Of a DNA stretch of 13,800 nt, positions 9,085-13,800 are shown piece by piece (the stretch's first letter is position 1; the number at the start of each line of letters is the position of its first letter). Both the position numbers and the translations under genes were made by a program. The notes under the pieces are model-generated. The model was not told the origin of the DNA. It searched no databases and was given only the letters and a program-made list of their open reading frames with translations. The stretch comes from Octopus sinensis. Lineage: Eukaryota. The DNA is taken from assembly GCF_006345805.1 (NCBI RefSeq), contig NW_021825968.1, positions 1 through 13,800 on the forward strand, written 5' to 3'.

Positions 9085-9711
9085 CAACGCTTCTCAAACT
9101 ATCTGATGTGGGCTACTCTTTTACTTATTTCAGTCATTTGACTGTGGCCATGCTGGACCAAATCGACCCCAGGACTTATTCATTGTAAGCCTAGTACTTA
9201 TTCTATCGGCTCCTTTTACCGAACCGCTAAGTTACGGGGACGTAAACACACCAGCATCGGTTGTCAAGCAATGCTGGGGGGACAAACACAGACACACAAA
9301 CACATACACATACACACATATATATGCATATATATATATATATATATATACATACATACGACGGGCTTCTTTCAGATTCCGTCTACCAAATCCACTCGCA
9401 AGGCATTGGTCTTTCCGAGGCTATAGCAGAAAACACTGGCCCATGGTGCCACGCAGTGGGACTGAACCTTGAAACATGTGGTTCGTAAGCAAGCTACATT
9501 TTTTCCAACGTGCCAGGGACCGGTTATATAATATATATAATGAATATAATAAAAAAGTTGACATTTTTTTTATCTTATATTTATTTTGGAAACAAATAAT
9601 CCAATATTATATAAGCATTTTATATTTCTTTTCTGGAAACTCGACCCATACCGGAAGCTGACGGCTCGAGGACCTGCACCGGTCCGCGGACCACCACTTT
9701 TAGTAGCACTG
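9085..9711. mobile_element. Non-autonomous hAT (Charlie-like) DNA transposon interrupted by a SINE
   Basis: Termini CAACGCTTCTCAAA (9085-9098) and rc CAGTGCTACTAAAA (9711-9698) match at 10/14. Flanks CTCGAGTG (9077-9084) and GTCTAGTG (9712-9719) match at 6/8 and resemble the NTCTAGAN target preference of Charlie elements. Subterminal 12-bp palindrome GGTCCGCGGACC (9681-9692). Confidence 0.7.
9114..9497 (-). mobile_element. SINE family A, near full length, nested in the hAT MITE
   Basis: Runs from the tail TACTCTTTTACTT through to the tRNA head (GCAGTGGGACTGAACC...GTAAGCAAGCTAC), with an internal deletion near 9165. Confidence 0.95.
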
Positions 9712-9823
9712 GTCTAGTGGACACTTAGCTCAAGGAAGAAAATTATTTTGTATATAAAATTTGAATTCTGAATCCGGAATAAGAAATAAAGAAGGGAGAT
9801 GGAAGAATATGGCAGATAAACGT

Positions 9824-10148
9824 ATTCTTTTATTGTTTTACTTGTTTCAGTCATCTTAACTTCGGCCATGCTGGAGCACCACCTTTAGTCGAGCAAATCG
9901 ACCCCAGAACTTAGTCTTTGTCAGCCTATTCTATCGGTTTCTTTTGCCGAACCGCTAAGTTACGTGGACACAAACACACCAGCATCGGTTGTCAAGTGAT
10001 GGTGGGGGGACAAACACAGACACACAAACATATAAACATACATACATATGTATATATATATACACGACGGACTTCTTTCAGTTTCCATCTACCAAATCCA
10101 CTCACAAGGCTTTGGTCTACCCGAGGCTATAGTAGAAGACACCTGCCC
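9824..10148 (-). mobile_element. SINE family A, 5'-truncated
   Basis: Aligns over its full length with 9114-9440. It stops at AGAAGACACCTGCCC, before the tRNA head. Confidence 0.95.
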
Positions 10149-10996
10149 TGTATATTTAATTTCGTTTTCTTTTACTTATTACAAAGTTTTAAAATTGAGC
10201 ACCATTTCATCCTTATTAGAGATCATCAGCAAAATATAAACCTGAAGTATATAAATTAAACATTTTATGAAGTGAGATAATTCTTATAGATGGGGAATAA
10301 TTTCAGTTAGCACAAAATCATGGAATGTGTTTTCTTTTCTTTTCATTGTGCGTTAGTAGTTTCCAATCGACTGAAAAAAGAGATATTTCTTAGTGCCTAC
10401 ATAAAGAAGCAGAACAAATCAATTTTATACGGAAGTCTTTCTCGCCAATAGACTCGCAGAATATTAATAATTTGGTAACCGGACGAAGCCAAGATTCGAA
10501 AAAGGAAACTGTCATCGGCTTGAGTCGATTCCAGAAAGGTTTTCAATTCGATCTCACATAATTGGTTTATAAAAATACTTAAGGTACATCAGTTTCATAG
10601 CACCATGTTTTTTTTTTTTATCAAGAATGCTGTATAAACAAACCTGATGAGTGGCAAACATTTCTTACAGCTATTAACATAATGATTGTAATCGCCTGCC
10701 TTACATGTTTGTGAAATGGAACATTTACGTAGCATGTCATCCATCAAAAATAAAACAGGAATTGGAATTCTATATGGAGAGAGTGGTGGTCATAATCCTC
10801 CAGCGTTTCTTCATATATTGCCTAAATGTGACTATGCTGCAAACAGTCTCCTCAATGAAAGTTTTCTCGGTATTGAGAAGCAATTTAGCAACAGCAGAGA
10901 AATACTAGAAACTGAGAATAAAACGGAAGAGACTGATTGGTAGAGCAGCTGATTTGAAACTCTAGATAGTGATGACACTATATATGAGATGTTCGA

Positions 10997-11133
10997 GACT
11001 TTGCCTTTCATCCTTCGGGTCGATAAATTAAGTACCAGTTCCGCACTGGGGTCGATGTAATCGACTTAATACCTATGTCTGTCCTTGTTTGTCCCCTCTA
11101 AGTTTAGCCCCTTGTGGGTAATAAAGAAATAGG
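10997..11133 (+). mobile_element. SINE family C, 5'-truncated, with an alternative 3' tail
   Basis: GACTTTGCCTTTCATCCTTCGGGTCGATAAATTAAGTACCAGTT...CTGGGGTCGATGTAATCGAC matches the rc of about 8190-8262. The sequence after AATCGAC differs from the 8139-8190 tail. Confidence 0.75.
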
Positions 11134-11207
11134 TACCACAAACATTTCAGCATAGATGAGAGTAAAACTGCGTGTGAAATGTATTTGAACAGTTAAAGTA
11201 TTTTGAT

Positions 11208-11851
11208 AGGAGTGGCTGTGTGGTAAGTAGCTTGCTTACCAACCACATGGTTCCGGGTTCAGTCCCACTGCGTTGCACCTTGGGCAAGTGTCTTCGACTA
11301 TAGCCTTTGGCCGACCAAAGCCTTGTGAGTGGATTTGGTTTTGTTTTTGTTTTTCCAGTTTCAGCTCTTGCGCTGTGGCCATGCTGGGGCACCGCCATTG
11401 TGGTGAAAGAGTACAGCAGGGATCACCACCCCCTGCCGGAGCCTCGTAGAGCTTTTAAGGTGTTTTCGCTCAATAAACACACACAACGCCCGGTCTGGGA
11501 ATCGAAACCGCGATCCTGCGACCGCGAGTCCGCTGCCCTAACCACTAGGCCATTGCGGAAACTGGTAGACGGAAACTGAAAGAAGCTCGTCGTGTATATG
11601 TGTGTGTGTATCTTTGTGTGTATGTATGTGTGTGTGTGTGTGTGTGTATGTTTGTGTGACTGTGTTTGTCCCCCCACTATCGCTTGACGACCGATGTTGG
11701 TGTGTTCACGTCTCCGTAACTTAGCGGTTCGGCAAAACAGACCGATAGAATAAGTACTAGGCCTACAAAGTATAAGTACTTGGGTTGATTTGTACAACTA
11801 AAGGCGGCGCTCCAGCATGGCCACAGTCAAATGACTGAAACAAATAAAAGA
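11208..11851 (+). mobile_element. SINE family A, full length, split by a nested SINE (segments 11208-11339 and 11563-11851)
   Basis: A-box-like TGGCTGTGTGGTAAG, B-box-like GGTTCAGTCCC, CORE-like CACCTTGGGCAAGTGTCTT, internal (TG)n, 3' stem-loop CAGTC-AAAT-GACTG (11824-11837) and A-rich tail. Confidence 0.95.
11340..11557 (-). mobile_element. Mosaic SINE: family B tRNA head and body joined to an A-type 3' tail
   Basis: A-box TGGCCTAGTGGTTAGG (rc 11537-11552) and B-box GGTTTCGATTCCC (rc 11497-11509). Positions 11403-11545 match the B copy at 6497-6640. Positions 11340-11397 read GGCGGTGCCCCAGCATGGCCACAGCGCAAGAGCTGAAAC plus an A-rich tail on the minus strand. The target TGGT is duplicated (11336-11339 and 11563-11566). 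Confidence 0.9.
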
Positions 11852-12230
11852 GAGAAAAGAAAGAATATAAAAAGAATCAAAGATCATCTTTGTTGCAAGA
11901 AAACTACCGTTTTGCCATATTTGCCTTGTTCTGCCATTAGATTGCAGCGGAACAGGACTATATTCTGGTGTATGCACGACTAGTCTATTTATATACCACA
12001 TACTACACAATAAGTCGGTCACCAGTGATTATACATCGTGAGAATAAAAAGCTGGTAAAGAACTTTTGAGCATTAGTGAACAGTATAAGAAGATAGCTAT
12101 TAGTTTAAATCGGGGTTTCTTAGATGAGGTCCATATGGTCCTTCGGGACCTATATAAGTTTTTGTTGTTAAAATCTACGTTAAAATTGATTATGCTCCTT
12201 AAAATACACAAAATACTTCAATAAATTTTT

Positions 12231-12403
12231 AGGAGTGGCTGTGTGGTAAGTAGCTTGCTTACGAACCACATAGTTCCGGGTTCAGTCCCACTGCGTGTCT
12301 TCTACTATAGCCTCGGGCCGACCAAATCCTTGCGAGCGGATTTGATAGACGGAAGCTGAAAGAAGACCGTCGTATACATGTGTCTCCGTGTGTGTGTCTG
12401 TGT

Positions 12404-12450
<47 letters not shown>

Positions 12451-12686
12451 TGTCTGAATGTGTCTGTGTGTGTCTGTGTGAGTGTGTTTGTCCCCCCCCA
12501 CCATGGCTTGACAACCGATGCAGGTGTGTTTACGTCCCCGTAACTTAGCGGCTCGGCAAAAGAGACCGATCGAAAAAGTACTATGCTTACAAAGAATAAG
12601 TCCTGGCTTCAACTTGCTCGACTAAAGGCGGTGCTCCAGCACGGCGGCAGTCAAATGACTGAAACAAGTAAAAGAGTAAAAGAGTA
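12231..12686 (+). mobile_element. SINE family A, full length (small internal deletion)
   Basis: Starts AGGAGTGGCTGTGTGGTAAG as at 11208, lacks the CACCTTGGGCAAG segment, and ends in (AGTAAAAG)n. Confidence 0.95.
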
Positions 12687-12689
12687 ATC

Positions 12690-12944
12690 CTTTTATACTT
12701 TTACTTGTTTTACTCATTTGACTGCGGCCATGCTGGAACACTGCCTTAAAGGGTGCTAGTCGAAGAAATCGACCCCAGGACTTATTCTTTGTAAACCTAG
12801 TACTTATTCTATCGTTCCCCTTTTCCGAACCTCTAGGTTACTGGAACATAAACACATCAGCATCGACTGTCAAGCGATGGCGGCGGAGGCAAAAACAGAA
12901 ACACATACACACGCGCGCAAATATATACATATATATATATATAT
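12690..12944 (-). mobile_element. SINE family A, 3' half, tail-to-tail with the preceding copy
   Basis: CTTTTACTTGTT...TTTGACTGCGGCCATGCTGG...AATCGACCCCAGGACTTATTCTTTGTAA...CTGTCAAGCGATGG. Confidence 0.9.
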
Positions 12945-12983
12945 TCCTCTGTCTTCCCTTCACTGGATCTTTCCTTCTCCTAT

Positions 12984-13018
12984 GTTTCCGACTTAAAGCT
13001 CCGCTCGAAATCTTAAAC
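12984..13018 (+). ncRNA. Possible decayed minimal type I hammerhead
   Basis: GTTT-CCGACTTA-AAGC-TCC-GCTC-GAAA-TCT-T-AAAC. Stem I GTTT/AAAC is in exact register, stem II AGC/GCT and GAAA are present, but the core (CCGACTT versus CTGANGA) and stem III are mutated. Confidence 0.4.
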
Positions 13019-13558
13019 CCTCCTTCTTTCCTTCTTTCCTGAGCCTCCTATAATACTATATTTGTTCCACGTCCTCGCGTTGTTGTCTTTTTTGTGCTTT
13101 CTTATTTGGATTAATATACATATATATATATATATAGATATATATATATATTATATATATATTTATATATATATATACAAATTGAGATAGGGGTTGTAAA
13201 TGCAAACCCCATGGGATAACATATATCCAATATACTGCTAGTGAAGTACCCAACAAAGTTAATACATAAATGGTAATGATTGCGATGCAATCAATTCATT
13301 ACTGTATTATATGGTCAAAGGTAAAATGATTACCACAAATTACTAATACAAGATAAGAAATGGAGAAATACATCTAAATCAAAAATCAATTACACGATAA
13401 TACTCAATCACATACTTTATAAACCACCCACATAAGAGACTGTAGGGTTACATATAAAAAGCAGAACAAATCAGTGTACATACAGTAGTGTACATAAAAA
13501 AGTGTACATAAAGAGTAATGATGTATAATAAGTAGAATATATATAAAAGAGAATATAA

Positions 13559-13800
13559 ATATAAGTAAATATAATATAAGATAGATTAATCTACAGATGT
13601 TCGGCCATGTAGATAAGTATGGTCTCATTTACCAATATTAGCCTTTTATGGTAGGTCAATGATAATTTTGTAAATGTCTCATTTATATCTATATTGACTA
13701 CCATAAAAGGCTAATATTGGTAAAATGAGGAACTTACTTAACTACATGGCCGAAACAGCTGTAAGATGTAATCTATACTTATATTTATATTTACTTATAT
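13559..13800. repeat. Second long inverted repeat (fold-back), extending past the window end
   Basis: Left arm 13559-13660 pairs with right arm 13693-13800, including a perfect 27-bp stretch (13628-13654 with 13698-13724). The spacer folds further (TAAATG-TCT-CATTTA at 13671-13685). Confidence 0.9.

Noticed and set aside
10195-10235. Minus-strand CTGATGA...GAAA motif, also translatable as YFADDL (RT-like)
   Set aside because: No closing pair for stem II and no stem III or stem I. The FADD match is followed at once by stops, with no other RT motifs.
10643-10720. CTGATGA followed distantly by GAAA
   Set aside because: The helix register is off by several bases and no stem III or UH site is present.
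11208-11290. tRNA gene calls for the SINE heads (also 11480-11557 and 12231-12295)
   Set aside because: They have A- and B-box-like motifs but no complete cloverleaf or acceptor stem, and they continue into SINE bodies.
11941-12056. Candidate exon after a good acceptor (…TTGTTCTGCCATTAG) ending at CTG/GTAAAG
   Set aside because: The translation matches nothing I recognise and no partner exons are evident. It cannot be supported without RNA data.
13185-13240. Minus-strand YWIYVIPWGLH, loosely like the GIY-YIG C-terminal YWI..L.TL.P.GLN of Penelope elements
   Set aside because: It needs a 4-residue deletion, has no upstream GIY-YIG motifs, and lies on the wrong side of the hammerhead-like motif for a simple pLTR.

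Overview
No intact protein-coding gene is supportable in this window. It is AT-rich, microsatellite-dense eukaryotic DNA packed with retroelement and DNA-transposon debris. The SINE families resemble those I recall from octopus/coleoid cephalopod genomes (inference, not a database result). Contents: about 11 copies or fragments of a tRNA-headed SINE ('A'), two copies of a second tRNA SINE ('B', one carrying an A-type 3' tail), two of a third ('C'), two decayed 3' ends of RLE-type (Hero/R4-like) LINEs ending in (AAT)n, and one hAT-Charlie-like MITE with a degenerate 8-bp TSD. The most notable feature is a 267-bp fold-back element (5044-5310). Its right arm encodes an intact minimal type I hammerhead ribozyme (5220-5264) and its left arm encodes a decayed hammerhead on the opposite strand. 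A second fold-back element with a possible hammerhead-like half-motif starts at 13559 and runs off the window end, and a further decayed hammerhead-shaped motif lies at 12984-13018. These probably derive from Penelope-like elements or retrozymes. Nearly all ORFs in the supplied track are microsatellite or SINE artefacts. All alignments and counts were done by hand.
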